IMG/VR virus record: IMGVR_UViG_2619619029_000002
Location: 1 to 64,000 of that record
DNA from: a virus
Lineage: Duplodnaviria; Caudoviricetes
Direction: 5' to 3' (one strand)
Length of the DNA: 64,000 bases
The notes beneath the pieces are model-generated. The model saw only the letters and a program-made list of their open reading frames with translations, was not told the DNA's origin and ran no database searches. Below, in pieces: positions 45,401 to 54,834 of the stretch; positions within the stretch are counted from its first letter, which is position 1, and every line of letters begins with the position of its first letter. Position numbers and translations under genes: made by a program.

Positions 45401-46194
45401 TCCGTTGCCTGAGAAGCATCGCTCGCACCGGCGCTCATGACTTCGTAGAGCGCCTTCACCTGCTCCGTAGGGGCTCGTCCAAACTCCACCCCCAATTCGC
45501 GGGCGCGGTCGGCGAGGGCCCCCATCATGTTGACCTGGTCGCCCTCCAGCAGGGTGCTCACCTGGGCCATGGCCGTATCGAAGGCAAGCGCCTCTGATGC
45601 GGCACTCGTGAGCGAGGCGATTACCGTGGCGATGACAGCGGCAAGCCCGAGGAACGACTTCACTAGGCCGCCGAGCTCCTGCGAGAGCCGATTGACCGGT
45701 TTCTCGACTCCTTCAACTGAGCGTTTGACGTCCTGCACAGACGTCGCGGCTTGGGTGGACTCGACCTGCATCCGTGAGAGATTGGTGCTGGCCTTCCCCA
45801 ACTCCCCCATAAAGCGGCTTACAGCAGAGGTGTCCGCGAAGGACGCGTGGAGTTTGACCGCGGCGGCATCCAGTGCCCCGATCCGCGTCTTGAAGCCGTC
45901 CAGACCAGAGGCGTCCTTCAACGCGCCCTGGAACGCGGTCGCTGCGGCCCCCATCGCCTCCATGTCCTTGATGGAGGTCCTCATTCGGGCCAGCGCCTGG
46001 TTCGTTTCGTTCGCCTCCTTGACCATCCGCGCCAAGCTCTTCGAGTACTGCTCGGTCGCGGTCTCGGTTTTCTTGGTGGCCGTCTCCGTCTTCTCGGCCG
46101 CCGCGCTAAATTTCGTCAGCTCGACGGATCCCGCCTTCGCGTCGGACGTGTCGATACGGACTGAAAGCGTTGCGAGGTCCGTCCCACCAGACAT
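42484..46194 (-). CDS. Tail tape measure protein (TP901-like core)
   Basis: 1236 aa, Ala-rich helical; FDTAMAQVST, E.V.ALY…SAG, D.MF…DGKTSIEQ.A..IG motifs. Confidence 0.95.
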   Translation of the reverse strand: MSGGTDLATLSVRIDTSDAKAGSVELTKFSAAAEKTETATKKTETATEQYSKSLARMVKEANETNQALARMRTSIKDMEAMGAAATAFQGALKDASGLDGFKTRIGALDAAAVKLHASFADTSAVSRFMGELGKASTNLSRMQVESTQAATSVQDVKRSVEGVEKPVNRLSQELGGLVKSFLGLAAVIATVIASLTSAASEALAFDTAMAQVSTLLEGDQVNMMGALADRARELGVEFGRAPTEQVKALYEVMSAGASDASQATELLRVSNKLAIGGVTEVGVAADGLTSIMASYGSQLRDATEASDAMFVSAADGKTSIEQIARHIGKLAPIASQTGVSLQELLAATAALTKAGIKTETAMEGMRAILAQVAKPSNEARDLARALGIEFNTAGLKARGLAGFLDHLKVQTGGSTELLAKLVGGVEALLPAMTLTGSSAGDFATSLKNMESAAGRTEVAFSKMAQTPQFALDQLKAKFDDLEIAVGQGLLAQLMPGIEMLSSNFTTLSSSAGATAQAVGILLAARGGAWAAEWVKSAAAKASALVQSRQATTNAALAEAGYVKAVNESSRAALRNAAVQLEARQSSLQQTAPFMRAAHAQAAIAANDNALAQVRAAQAMYGAAGAGRVLQGAMAALGGPIGVAITAIGLLTAGISAYISRAEDAAVKARELGTAAATSVGKSASIVSDLLQQTRATTDAAKAAQVLSIARKELAALGGDYQTMMTDEVKTAEQALAVFEKVAKHETELNQARVKSIKERLQAEEAEFRTRVLNRVLVDDEDPRADKIVKDFEPRYLPKSVKELRKDLQSATQDSAELEKALARVREAVAYDPGAHQREADAAAATARAREQEAERLQNEEKARAELAKSAARYLAKLEEEAATLGLAREGAEKLTAEYKSLNYAQRLVADAALEKIAAFEAKKKADEEAKKKAEEHARALEQLNQQLGDADADRMAKAVEALNAGLAAGTIKAEEYGAKLAKARSLWTKEGKEEAQLVKDLELLQKQLNPLEEVRKRVEMLNKLLQDERISMETYQKELVRLHRQMSDGFSIAQDAVGFAAQHMEDAITTFATSTQFTWRGMIDGMLKDLSRLLAHKAFVALVDIGTTALLGGITGASFSAGGATAGAGVAAGKSAFDMSAPAVMKSGAPYADGAAKLVVPSAPASTDTFPAGAVPPINVNVHVHQDGSVSADVQAPGTTEESRRLGQHLGGAVRRVMLEEMRPGGFVYDFVNRRR

Positions 46195-46299
46195 AGGGGT
46201 TCCTCTTCACCACCACGTGGTGGCGTAGTACGGCGCTGTAACAGCCTGAACTAACGAGTAGTGGCAGGTCATGGCCTAGATGTGCTGGCCTGCGGGGCC

Positions 46300-47037
46300 A
46301 TGCGTATGCTGCTCGCCATGATGGCCACCGTCGCAAGTACGACCTCCCTCGGCGCTGACTACCGCCCCCTGGCGGCGCTTGCAGGAGTAGAGGGAGTTGC
46401 GGTCTACGTCAGCCTTCCAAGTGCCTTCGCCGAGAAGGGTGAAGCGTCGTTGATGTGGAAGGAGCGCACCGAGAAGCTTCTCGAATCGCGTGACGTCCCG
46501 CTCGTGCACCCCCGTGAGGGAGTTGACGATCCACCTGTTCTCAACGTTGTCGTTAATGCTGAACCCACCCTCGACGACACCGTGGTGTCGCTTAATCTCT
46601 CGCTGACCCGGCTCATCCCACTCAAGAGCGCAGGCGCCACAGTTCGCATGGAGGCGTGGCGGCAGCATCTGTTGTTTCGCGTGCCAACGGCGAGGTCTGG
46701 CGAAGCAACGTGGGAAACAACCAGTCTATGGGTCCATAAATTTATCACCGACCTCCACGAAGCTCGGAAATTGGCTGATACATTCGACCCGAAACGCACC
46801 TCACGCGAAGGAAGGGCTGTGAGTGACAGTAAAGTGAAAGCCAAGCCAGCGACAGCCCAGAACCAACCGGAGAGCACTGATGAGCCTCCTATCAAGTACA
46901 AGAAGGCGTTTCTAAATGGATGTTCCACGGCAATAGGGATCACTTGCTGCTCCTACCTTGGAGAGAGCTGTGCGTACACGCTGTGCCAGGACAAGCCGAG
47001 ACAGGATTGGCGCCAGCAAAGCTGGTCCTGCATGTAG
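46300..47037 (+). CDS. Secreted hypothetical moron with a Cys-rich C-terminus (lower GC)
   Basis: N-terminal signal-like segment; antisense to the tail operon. Confidence 0.7.
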   Translation: MRMLLAMMATVASTTSLGADYRPLAALAGVEGVAVYVSLPSAFAEKGEASLMWKERTEKLLESRDVPLVHPREGVDDPPVLNVVVNAEPTLDDTVVSLNLSLTRLIPLKSAGATVRMEAWRQHLLFRVPTARSGEATWETTSLWVHKFITDLHEARKLADTFDPKRTSREGRAVSDSKVKAKPATAQNQPESTDEPPIKYKKAFLNGCSTAIGITCCSYLGESCAYTLCQDKPRQDWRQQSWSCM

Positions 47038-47066
47038 CCTTCGACGTACCACCCGTTCGGCCTCCC

Positions 47067-47435
47067 TCACTTCTTCGGCTTCGGGGTCATCTCCAGGCGG
47101 AACGCATCATCGAGTTGCCGGAGAAGGCCCACCTCGACAGACGTGGGCTGTGCCCCGGTGAGGCGCGCCCACGCCTCAATGTCCTGGTAGCTGATGGGCG
47201 CCAGAGAGAAGGCCCCGGGCGCCCGCGAGTTACTCAACTCGCAGAACCACTCCCAGACGTGGGCGAGTGCTTCAGGTAGCTCGTGCTCCCCCACCAGCTC
47301 GGCCGGCACCTCGCCGGTGGACTTGGCCACCTGCTCCAGGTGCGCCCGGAGCGACACCCCGGACGCGTCTTGTTGGCTCAGTCGGAACTGGTGCTGGGCG
47401 AAGCCGAGGAGCTGCTCGGCGACTTCCCGAAAAAA
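47067..47435 (-). CDS. Tail assembly chaperone GT (-1 frameshift extension)
   Basis: WEWFCELSNSR…PISY.DI.AW..LTG…E..LL..LD; entered through the slippery site. Confidence 0.85.
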   Translation of the reverse strand, partial: FFREVAEQLLGFAQHQFRLSQQDASGVSLRAHLEQVAKSTGEVPAELVGEHELPEALAHVWEWFCELSNSRAPGAFSLAPISYQDIEAWARLTGAQPTSVEVGLLRQLDDAFRLEMTPKPKK

Positions 47436-47833
47436 CTGGCGGCGTCCGTGACAGCCTCGTCCACCTGACGGCGCAGCCAGCGGTGCTCCTCGTACACCCT
47501 GCGCGCGTTGTCCTTGGTGAAGGGCAGCGGCTGGCCGTTCTCCATGAAGCCCTCCCACGAGGCCGTGCAGCGCACCAGCAGCTCCAGCCCGTCCGCGTCG
47601 GTGCCCTCCGCGGTGATTTTCGTATTGCGGCCGGAGTGCTGCAGCTTGTGGAGGCGGCGGTTGCGCAGCGCCCGGTCCGCCTCGCGGTAGGTGGGCGAGT
47701 CCACGCCGTGCACCACCACCTTCATGCCCGTCGCGTCGCCGGAGACGGGGTGGAGAATCTCCACGGTGGTGGTGTCGCTGCGCTGGAGGCTGCCGAGGTC
47801 GAGTGCGAGGGAAGTAAGGGACATCGTGCTCAT
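47378..47833 (-). CDS. Tail assembly chaperone G
   Basis: Between tail tube and TMP; carries the slippery site near its end. Confidence 0.85.
   Translation of the reverse strand: MSTMSLTSLALDLGSLQRSDTTTVEILHPVSGDATGMKVVVHGVDSPTYREADRALRNRRLHKLQHSGRNTKITAEGTDADGLELLVRCTASWEGFMENGQPLPFTKDNARRVYEEHRWLRRQVDEAVTDAASFFGKSPSSSSASPSTSSD
47429..47435 (-). promoter_or_regulatory. Programmed -1 frameshift slippery heptamer T TTT TTC
   Basis: AGT TTT TTC GGG AAG in the G frame; the -1 frame continues FREVAEQLL. Confidence 0.85.
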
Positions 47834-47881
47834 GGCGGTGCTGCTCCTTCTGGGAAGCGGGTGGAGGCGCGGGAGCGCCGG

Positions 47882-49021
47882 TTACGGGTTGCTGCGCTGG
47901 TAGAGGATGGTGGCGCCGGACGTCGCATCCAGCAGCGCGGTGAAGGGCATGCTGACGGTGACGGGGCCCGAGTTCGGGTTGTCGACGTCGCCGCCCGTGT
48001 ACTTGATGCGTGGCAGGTAAATGCGGTGGAAGTCCGTCCCGTTGACGTCCTCCAGGAGCAGCTCCAGGCTGGACTCCTCCTCGTTGATGAAGCGGTTCAG
48101 GAGGACGGCATCCTTGAAGTAGGCGGAGATGCTGCCGGTGACGACGAAGGCGCCCTCGTGAACCTCCTGGGGGCTCTTGTGGCCGACGACGCCCTGGACG
48201 CTGCGCCCGTTGGCGATTTCCAGCTCCACGGCCGTCACGTTGGCCACCCGTTGCCCGCCCTCGTACAGCGCCCCGGTGAAGGCGTCGAAGGGGCTGCCGG
48301 TGCCAGCCGGAGTCAGCGTCACCGCGTGGGTGGCCGTGGCCTGCACCATGTCCTTGCCGAGGAAGGACATGCTGCACGTGACGATTTCGCCGGGCGTCAC
48401 GGAGAGAGACAGGCTGTCCACCGCACAGCCCCGGTACAGCATGAACTGGCTGATGTCGGTGAAGGCCCGCTCCAGCCCGAAGCTGACAAGCTCGGTGCCG
48501 TTGGCCAGGCGCTGGCCCACCAGGGCCACGGTGCGCCCCGCCGCGGCCACATCCACGGTGAGGGCCCTGTCCACCTCCAGGCGCAGCGCGGACACGGCCA
48601 CCACCTTCGCCCGGCCGTTGTTCCCCGCCTCGGCGAAGCCGGAGGCCATCACCATGTCCCCCGGGAGGAAGCCATCCTCGAGGAAGCTGCCCGAGTCACG
48701 GACGAAGGCGTCCGCTTCCGCCTCCAGCGAGGCCGCGCCCGTCGTCACCGCGCGCCATGTGCCGCTGAGGGCGGCGGCCAGGAGGACGTCGAAGGTGCCG
48801 CGGGAGAGCTCGAAGGAGAAGTCGCCGCCCACGCTGCGCATGCCGTGGCGCAAGTCCGCCGTCTGCCTGTCGTCCCGAACCTCGTTGGACTGGTACGTCT
48901 CCTTCGCGAGGTTGAGGCTGGTGTCGGTGAAGCGGAGCACCGAGTAAGCCGTGCTGGGCACGCCGTACTCAGTCTCCGGTGCGAAGCGCAGCGCGGTCCG
49001 CTGCCCAGAAGCTGAAGCCAT
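47882..49021 (-). CDS. Major tail tube protein
   Basis: ETEYGV…SNEVRDDRQ…GGDFSFELS…FGLER.FTD…YRGC.VDSLSLSV…FINE…LPRIKYT. Confidence 0.9.
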   Translation of the reverse strand: MASASGQRTALRFAPETEYGVPSTAYSVLRFTDTSLNLAKETYQSNEVRDDRQTADLRHGMRSVGGDFSFELSRGTFDVLLAAALSGTWRAVTTGAASLEAEADAFVRDSGSFLEDGFLPGDMVMASGFAEAGNNGRAKVVAVSALRLEVDRALTVDVAAAGRTVALVGQRLANGTELVSFGLERAFTDISQFMLYRGCAVDSLSLSVTPGEIVTCSMSFLGKDMVQATATHAVTLTPAGTGSPFDAFTGALYEGGQRVANVTAVELEIANGRSVQGVVGHKSPQEVHEGAFVVTGSISAYFKDAVLLNRFINEEESSLELLLEDVNGTDFHRIYLPRIKYTGGDVDNPNSGPVTVSMPFTALLDATSGATILYQRSNP

Positions 49022-49053
49022 GTCTCTTCTCCTGCCGCCCACACACGGGCAGC

Positions 49054-49479
49054 TCAGTCCAACGAGTGCACCAACCAGGAAATGCTGACGGGCGTGGCCC
49101 ACCACGGCTCGTCACGCAGCGCGGGGCCCACAGAGGCGGAGTGGATGCTCACCACCGTGTCGTTGCGCCCCAACCGCGTCCCCCGCTTGAAGGCGTCACA
49201 CAGCGCCTGGGCCACGGTGAGGCTCGCCGCCGTGCCCTCGCCAATGGGGTGAAAGAGCAGCACCTGGAAGACTCCCGGGCGCCGCGTGTGCGAGTCCACC
49301 CCGACGCCGGCGGGTGACGTCCGCGCGGGGAGGCAGTCCAGCCGGGCCCAGGGCACGCCCGGCGTGGGGGTGAAGACGACGTTGGAGTAGGCGAGGTTGG
49401 CCTCGCCCAGCAGCGGCGCCAGCACCTCGCGCGCGCGCAGCTCCAGCGCCTGGGGGATGTCGAGGAGGGGCGGACTCAC
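49054..49479 (-). CDS. Tail terminator-like protein
   Basis: AYSNV.FTP…W.R…G.FQV..F.P.G.G pattern; position in the operon. Confidence 0.8.
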   Translation of the reverse strand: MSPPLLDIPQALELRAREVLAPLLGEANLAYSNVVFTPTPGVPWARLDCLPARTSPAGVGVDSHTRRPGVFQVLLFHPIGEGTAASLTVAQALCDAFKRGTRLGRNDTVVSIHSASVGPALRDEPWWATPVSISWLVHSLD

Positions 49480-49940
49480 AGCGTGCCGTCCCCCTTCCCT
49501 GCCTCTTGCTTCGCCTCGCCCACGGCCTCCCCGAGAATCTCAGGCAGGTTGGCCAGGGTGACGCGCACCATTCCGCTGGGCGCCTGCTGGCTGTGGCCGA
49601 ATTCCAGCCGGCGCGCGTACGGCAGGTTGTTGGCGACGTACACCGTGTCGCCCAGCTTCGCGGCGTCCAGCGCCTCCTTCGCCGCGGTAATGGTGGCGCC
49701 CCCGTCCTTGTCCGTGGCTTCCAGAGTGCCGTCGGGCCGAGCGCCCACGCCCGCGCGCCAGTTGCCCCGGAAGTGCCCGGTGTCCACGGGCGAGGCGGTG
49801 ACGACGTTGGCCAGGATGCCCAGCGCCGTCTTCCGCACCACCTCGTTGGCGCGCTCCTCCGTCACCTTCACGAAGGACTGCACCTGCCGCGTGAAGCTGG
49901 CACCACGCCGTACGCGCGCGTCCGTCTTCTTCAGCGTCAT
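49476..49940 (-). CDS. HK97 gp10-like tail completion protein
   Basis: SPVDTGHFRGNW…NNLPYA.RLEFGHSQQAP.GMVR. Confidence 0.9.
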   Translation of the reverse strand: MTLKKTDARVRRGASFTRQVQSFVKVTEERANEVVRKTALGILANVVTASPVDTGHFRGNWRAGVGARPDGTLEATDKDGGATITAAKEALDAAKLGDTVYVANNLPYARRLEFGHSQQAPSGMVRVTLANLPEILGEAVGEAKQEAGKGDGTL

Positions 49941-50311
49941 GCGGCCACCCGAAGTACGTAGAGGACGGGAGTGCCCTGCAACTGCACCGGCGGGTCCGTC
50001 CGAAGCACCCGCCAGGTGCACCCTTCCAGCGGACCCACTTCGTCACCAGGGCCCGGCGTCACCGGCAGCCCGGCCGCGGCCACCAGCAGCTTGCGCCTGC
50101 CCACCTTCACCGTGCCGGCGGGCACCAACTCCTGGTACCCGTTGTCGGCCTGCACCAGCACCTGCACCGCGTGCGTGGTGACGGTTGCCGGCGCCGTGGA
50201 GAGGGCCGGGTCGTACGCCCCCGTCGTCCGCCGCGTGAGGGTGGCGCCCTGCCCGAAGCGCTTCAGCAGCTCGAGAGCCTTTCGGGCCAGTCTGTCCGCC
50301 TGGGCGCTCAT
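49937..50311 (-). CDS. Head closure/stopper protein
   Basis: FG…TL.R.T.G.YDP…GD…WRV; position in the operon. Confidence 0.75.
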   Translation of the reverse strand: MSAQADRLARKALELLKRFGQGATLTRRTTGAYDPALSTAPATVTTHAVQVLVQADNGYQELVPAGTVKVGRRKLLVAAAGLPVTPGPGDEVGPLEGCTWRVLRTDPPVQLQGTPVLYVLRVAA

Positions 50312-50802
50312 CCTCGGAGAAGCCCCACGGTGCCGATGCCGCCCACGCGGGCGCCACGCAGGAAGGGCCGCACCAGCGTGGCCACCTGCTCCGGAATCGG
50401 CACGTGCCGCTCCGGAGACGTCTCCAGCGGCCCCACCTTCACCCCCTCGTCCACCACGGGTCCGAGGCCGGCCGTCCAGTCCTCCCCCATGAGGCGGAAG
50501 GCGAACTCCGCCGTCGCCCCGCGCACGCGCAGCGGCACCGCGGTGGCTGGCAGCGTCACCCCGTCCAGCACCACGCCGCGCCGGGGCCAGGCCAGGGACT
50601 GTTCCGCCTCGGCCCGGCTGCCCACGTAGCCGAAGTGGGTGTCCAGCAGGCTGGTGGCCCACATGAGGTGGCGCTCCTTCGCCTCCTGCGTGGCGGACTC
50701 CCACGCGGCGTTGTGGCCGCGCGCGGAGTGGTAGGCGTCCGCCTCCACCACCGTGCAGTACGAGTTCGCGGCCGGGCCGCTGGGGGTAGCGTCGAAGGGC
50801 AT
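50308..50802 (-). CDS. Head-tail adaptor (DnaT-like family)
   Basis: ANSY.TV.EADAY..AR…Q.LAWPR.GV…P..V..A..E.A. Confidence 0.85.
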   Translation of the reverse strand: MPFDATPSGPAANSYCTVVEADAYHSARGHNAAWESATQEAKERHLMWATSLLDTHFGYVGSRAEAEQSLAWPRRGVVLDGVTLPATAVPLRVRGATAEFAFRLMGEDWTAGLGPVVDEGVKVGPLETSPERHVPIPEQVATLVRPFLRGARVGGIGTVGLLRG

Positions 50803-50826
50803 GGGGCTGTCTCCAGGGACTGCCGG

Positions 50827-51291
50827 CTACTCCGCCTTCGCCTTGGCCCTGCCCTTCGGAACGGGCGACTCCTCAGCGGGGGCAGGCACAGGCGCCGGAG
50901 GCGACGTGGGGGCCGGGGTCACAACCGTCGCGTCGCGCAGCTGCGCCTGCGCGGTGCGCAGCTCGGCCTTCACCCGCTCCAGCTCCGACATGCCCTCGTC
51001 GAGGGCATGCCGCAGCTCGCGGACCTGGCCGTCCGCCTCCGGCTGCGTGGTGCCCACCCCGGGGAGCGCGGCACTGGCGCCGCCCCACCGCGCCCACTCA
51101 TAGGCGTCCTTCGCCTTCCGCCCCTCGACGCTGCCCTCCGGGTACGCGCTGTAGTACCGCGAGAGGAGTCGCTGCGCGGGCCCGCTGCTGCGCGCCGGCA
51201 GCACCAGCGCGCCGCCCTTGAAGGTGAAACCCCCGAGGGTGATGTCCTTGCCCTCGTTGGGGCCCACCAGAACCATACGAATGCCGTCCAT
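50827..51291 (-). CDS. Hypothetical head-associated protein
   Basis: AGGAG RBS; follows the capsid gene. Confidence 0.7.
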   Translation of the reverse strand: MDGIRMVLVGPNEGKDITLGGFTFKGGALVLPARSSGPAQRLLSRYYSAYPEGSVEGRKAKDAYEWARWGGASAALPGVGTTQPEADGQVRELRHALDEGMSELERVKAELRTAQAQLRDATVVTPAPTSPPAPVPAPAEESPVPKGRAKAKAE

Positions 51292-51317
51292 GCTTGCTCC
51301 TGCTGTGGAAAGAGGGA

Positions 51318-51342
51318 GCGGAGAGGCATGGCGCCTCTCCGC
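51318..51342 (-). terminator. Hairpin terminator downstream of the capsid gene
   Basis: gcggagaggc pairs with gcctctccgc, followed by a pyrimidine run on the minus strand. Confidence 0.65.
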
Positions 51343-51361
51343 GAAACGTGAGGGGCGCGGC

Positions 51362-52297
51362 TCAGGGGGCCAGCGGAGCGGTGCGGATGCCCTTCACCGT
51401 GGCGAGCGCGTAGTCGTTGAAGACGGCCGTCCCGCAGTACCAGACGACACGGGTGATTCGCTCATCCTTCTCCTGGTGCTCGCCCACCTCCTTGATGTGG
51501 ATGCCCGCCGACGCGCCCGGCGCCGTCAGTCCGGCGATGCCCACGCTGCGGCTTCCATCGTCGAAGCAGCCCGCGATGATGCTGGTGCAGTCCGTCGCCG
51601 TCCCCTCCGTCTGGTTGGTGGGGATGTAGTCATTCACGAAGATGGGGATGCCGCGGTACGCAGGCACCGTCTTCCCGCTCGGCAGGGTGATGACCTCGGA
51701 GATGCTCGCGCCGCCCAGCTTGCGCAGGTACGCGTAGTGCCGGTTCAGCATCACCTCCGCCATGGTGATGAAGTCCACCTCGCCGTCCTTGGCCTTCACC
51801 TTGGAGATGAGCTCGTCCAGGAAAGCGACGTCGTAGAGGGCACCATTCGTCCCAGCCACCAGCGTCTGCCCGGCGGCCACCTGCGCCAGCAGTCCGGGGA
51901 ACTCGTTGCTGAGCCCCGTGCCGTTGATGAACATGCTCCGGAACTTGCGCCCGGCAGACTTGGCCTTGGAGACAATCTGGTAGCCCTCCTGGTCATTGAC
52001 GTTGGAGCGCGTGGCCTGGATGAGTCCGTCCACCTCGGCGTCGCCGATGATGCGCGTCAGCGTCGCGGTGTCCTGCTCGACGGTGGCCGGGTTCTTCGCG
52101 GTGATGGTGCCGCCGACGCCCAGCACCTCAACGTCGCCCATCACCGACTCGCGGTTGAAGGTGAAGGAGTTGCCCTCCAACTCATCGAAGGGCAGCCGCT
52201 CGAAGAGGCGGTCCGTGGTGACGATGGTTTCGATGACGCCGGAGACAAGCTCGTCGCGGGACAGCTTCGCGGATTCAGCCAGGGTGATTGAAGCCAT
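51362..52297 (-). CDS. Major capsid protein
   Basis: GAGGAGGAG RBS; LPF..L.GN…NRE…G…VD…A…F…FINGTG…EF.GL; follows the scaffold gene. Confidence 0.9.
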   Translation of the reverse strand: MASITLAESAKLSRDELVSGVIETIVTTDRLFERLPFDELEGNSFTFNRESVMGDVEVLGVGGTITAKNPATVEQDTATLTRIIGDAEVDGLIQATRSNVNDQEGYQIVSKAKSAGRKFRSMFINGTGLSNEFPGLLAQVAAGQTLVAGTNGALYDVAFLDELISKVKAKDGEVDFITMAEVMLNRHYAYLRKLGGASISEVITLPSGKTVPAYRGIPIFVNDYIPTNQTEGTATDCTSIIAGCFDDGSRSVGIAGLTAPGASAGIHIKEVGEHQEKDERITRVVWYCGTAVFNDYALATVKGIRTAPLAP

Positions 52298-52464
52298 GGG
52301 GTGTCGCTCCTCCTCGGTGAGAGGGAGACTGAGAGGGATTGCAGACGCGCCAAGGGCGGGAGGCGACTCGGGCCCTGGAGCGCACGTGTAGTGTGGAGTC
52401 GAGAGAGGACAGCGGCCGAGCATCCCGCTCGGATTGCCTCCGGCCGCGTCCCGCGCACCGAGGG

Positions 52465-53223
52465 CTAGTCCTGCTTACGCCGAGCTGCCAGGGCCGCCGC
52501 GATGCGCTGCGGAGCGCTGAGCTGCTCGGTACCGCCGGGCTTCCCGCCCGTTTTGCCCCCCGTAGGCGTCCCGCCACCGGAGGAACCCGAAGCCTCGAAG
52601 GCCCGAGCGAAGTTGGTGTCCTTCTTGAGCTCCGTGACGAACTCCCGAATCGTCATGAAGCCGCCCTTGCCGTTGCCGCGAGGATCCCCCTCTGCGTCAA
52701 CAACCCGAGCCAAGAAGTTGCCACCTTCCTCAATCACTTTCACATGCTTCTGGACGTGAGGCAAGAGGAGCACTGCACTCCCTTTCAGCTCGGCGATAGC
52801 AGCCGTCGCCTCCGCCTCCACCAGGTGCTTGTGGAGGCTGCCCCGCATGCGCTCGACGACGGTGTCACGCTCCTTGAGCGCGTTCGCGTGCCCCGCCTCG
52901 AGGTCGGCCTTCAGCTTCTCGAAGTTGGCCGCGCCGTCCTTCCCCTCCTGCGCCTTGGCGAGTGCAGCCTTCAGCTCTCCGAGTGACTTCTCCACCTCCT
53001 CGGGGGCCTTGCCCAGCTTCGTCCAGGCCTTCTGCGCCTCCGCGAGCACCTTGTTGTTCTTCCGCTCCTTCTCCAGGGCGGTGTTCAGCCCCGTGGTGTC
53101 CATGCGCTTCGCCACGTCGGAGTCGAGGGCGAACTTCCCGCTCTCCCCCTTCGCGTACAGCCCGCGGTACTTCTCGGGGACGATGTTCAGCTCATCCAGT
53201 TCCGGCTGCCACTCGAATTCCAT
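52465..53223 (-). CDS. Capsid scaffolding protein
   Basis: VPE.YRGLY…GL..ALEKER coiled coil; Gly-rich C-terminal tail. Confidence 0.85.
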   Translation of the reverse strand: MEFEWQPELDELNIVPEKYRGLYAKGESGKFALDSDVAKRMDTTGLNTALEKERKNNKVLAEAQKAWTKLGKAPEEVEKSLGELKAALAKAQEGKDGAANFEKLKADLEAGHANALKERDTVVERMRGSLHKHLVEAEATAAIAELKGSAVLLLPHVQKHVKVIEEGGNFLARVVDAEGDPRGNGKGGFMTIREFVTELKKDTNFARAFEASGSSGGGTPTGGKTGGKPGGTEQLSAPQRIAAALAARRKQD

Positions 53224-53253
53224 GTCGCTTCCCTTCTCGGCCCAGTGGGCCGG

Positions 53254-54471
53254 TTACAACTTCGCCTTCTTGAAAGCCTCGGACTCCGCCTCGCGGAGCG
53301 CCTCCAGCGTCAACGTCCTGCCGCTCGCGTCGGTGAAGCGGTCCACGCTCAGCCCGCCGTTGCGGAAGAGCTGCCCGCGCGTGGGGCCCAGCACCTCGTC
53401 CTGGAAGCTGGCCGACTGACGGCGCAGCCAGTCCTCGTAGGACAGCCCCTTGGGCACCTGGCCGATGTTCTCCCGCGCCCACTTCTCGCGGATGCGGGCG
53501 ATGGCGGCGCGCCGCTCCTTCTCGGACATGTCCGACCAGGCCGCGCCCGCCTTCGCCTTCGCCTCAGCGCGGAAGTCGATTTCCCGCTGGCGCCGGGTGC
53601 GCGCGTCGGTGACGGCCGGCCTGTCGCCCACCAGCTTCACCCCGTTGATGACGGGCACGGTCGTGGTGCGACACCCCGGGTGGAACGGTGGGCGCTTCCC
53701 CTCCCTCACCGGGAACACCTTCCCATCGAGGGCCATACAACCCAGCGTGGTGCGGCCGTCGAGCGTTGCCACCAGCCGCACCTCTTCGATGATGTCCTCG
53801 TTGGCCCGGTACACCTCTTCCCGGGCCTGGGTGGAGGCGTGGTTGAGGGAGGTGCGCACCAGCGTCTCCGCGCTGCGCCGGGACATCTCCACCACGCCGT
53901 CCGTGTACGAGGCACCGCGGGTGCCCACCACGCTCCGGACAATCTCCTGCGTCGTCTGCCCCTCGACGATGCCCACCTGCACGGCCCGGGAGATGCGCTC
54001 CAGGTCGGCAGGCTGAAGCGCCTCCACCCAGTGCTCGAAGACGGCGCCGCTGAAGGGGCGCTCGAAGACGGCCGCGCGCAGCACCTCCGCGGACGGAGCC
54101 ACCACGCCCAACTCGACGATGAGCGTCTCCTGGAGGACGGCTGCCTGCCACTGCGCCTCATAGGCCGCGAAGACGGACAGCTCCTCCCGGAGGAAGCCGG
54201 CCGCCGCGGCGTATGCCTCGGCGCGCACGCCGCCCACCACCTTCAGCAGCTCCTGCAGGCGTTCGGTGGTTTCCGGCCCGGCGTCGAAGCCACCCGCCGC
54301 AACGATGCGCTCCACGCGGACGGCGAGTTGCTCTTCGAGCTTCTCTTCCGTGGCGTTGAGCAGTTCCACCACCCGGCGGACGGTGCCCGCCTTGTAGCGC
54401 TCCACCTGCACGGAGTGCGCGATGGTTTGTTCGAGGATTTCCTCGTTGGCCGTGCGGCGGGTGGTGGCCAC
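53254..54471 (-). CDS. Minor capsid / SPP1 gp7-like head morphogenesis protein
   Basis: LVRTSLNH…ATLDGRTT..C..LDG…PPFHPGCR; TY..WL..Q…VLG..R..LFR.GGL. Confidence 0.9.
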   Translation of the reverse strand: MATTRRTANEEILEQTIAHSVQVERYKAGTVRRVVELLNATEEKLEEQLAVRVERIVAAGGFDAGPETTERLQELLKVVGGVRAEAYAAAAGFLREELSVFAAYEAQWQAAVLQETLIVELGVVAPSAEVLRAAVFERPFSGAVFEHWVEALQPADLERISRAVQVGIVEGQTTQEIVRSVVGTRGASYTDGVVEMSRRSAETLVRTSLNHASTQAREEVYRANEDIIEEVRLVATLDGRTTLGCMALDGKVFPVREGKRPPFHPGCRTTTVPVINGVKLVGDRPAVTDARTRRQREIDFRAEAKAKAGAAWSDMSEKERRAAIARIREKWARENIGQVPKGLSYEDWLRRQSASFQDEVLGPTRGQLFRNGGLSVDRFTDASGRTLTLEALREAESEAFKKAKL

Positions 54472-54834
54472 CTATGCCCCTCCCCGCTCGCGGCGGCGCA
54501 CTTCGTCCACCAGGTGGTGCACCGCGCGCAGCGCCAGCTCGGCGCCCCGGACTCGCCAGGACTTGGGCTTCGGCTCCTCCGCCTGGCCCGTCACGTCCAC
54601 GCTGGCCACACGCGCCCCGTCCGAGAGGGCCTTCTCGATGACGGTGTCCCGCTGCTCGCGGATGGCCGCCCAGATGTCCCGGCCCAGGGGCTCGGCCAGG
54701 GTGATGGAGGTGCGCGCGAAGCGTCCGCCATCCGGCTCTTCGCCGTAGCGGAAGTTCTCGTCCAAGACGAGGACGACGCGCCCCTCTGCGTTGCGGTGCA
54801 CCTCCCAGCTCCTGTCGAGGCGGACGGGCGTCAC
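54472..54834 (-). CDS. Hypothetical protein
   Basis: GTGA overlap with the portal stop; high GC3. Confidence 0.65.
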   Translation of the reverse strand: MTPVRLDRSWEVHRNAEGRVVLVLDENFRYGEEPDGGRFARTSITLAEPLGRDIWAAIREQRDTVIEKALSDGARVASVDVTGQAEEPKPKSWRVRGAELALRAVHHLVDEVRRRERGGA

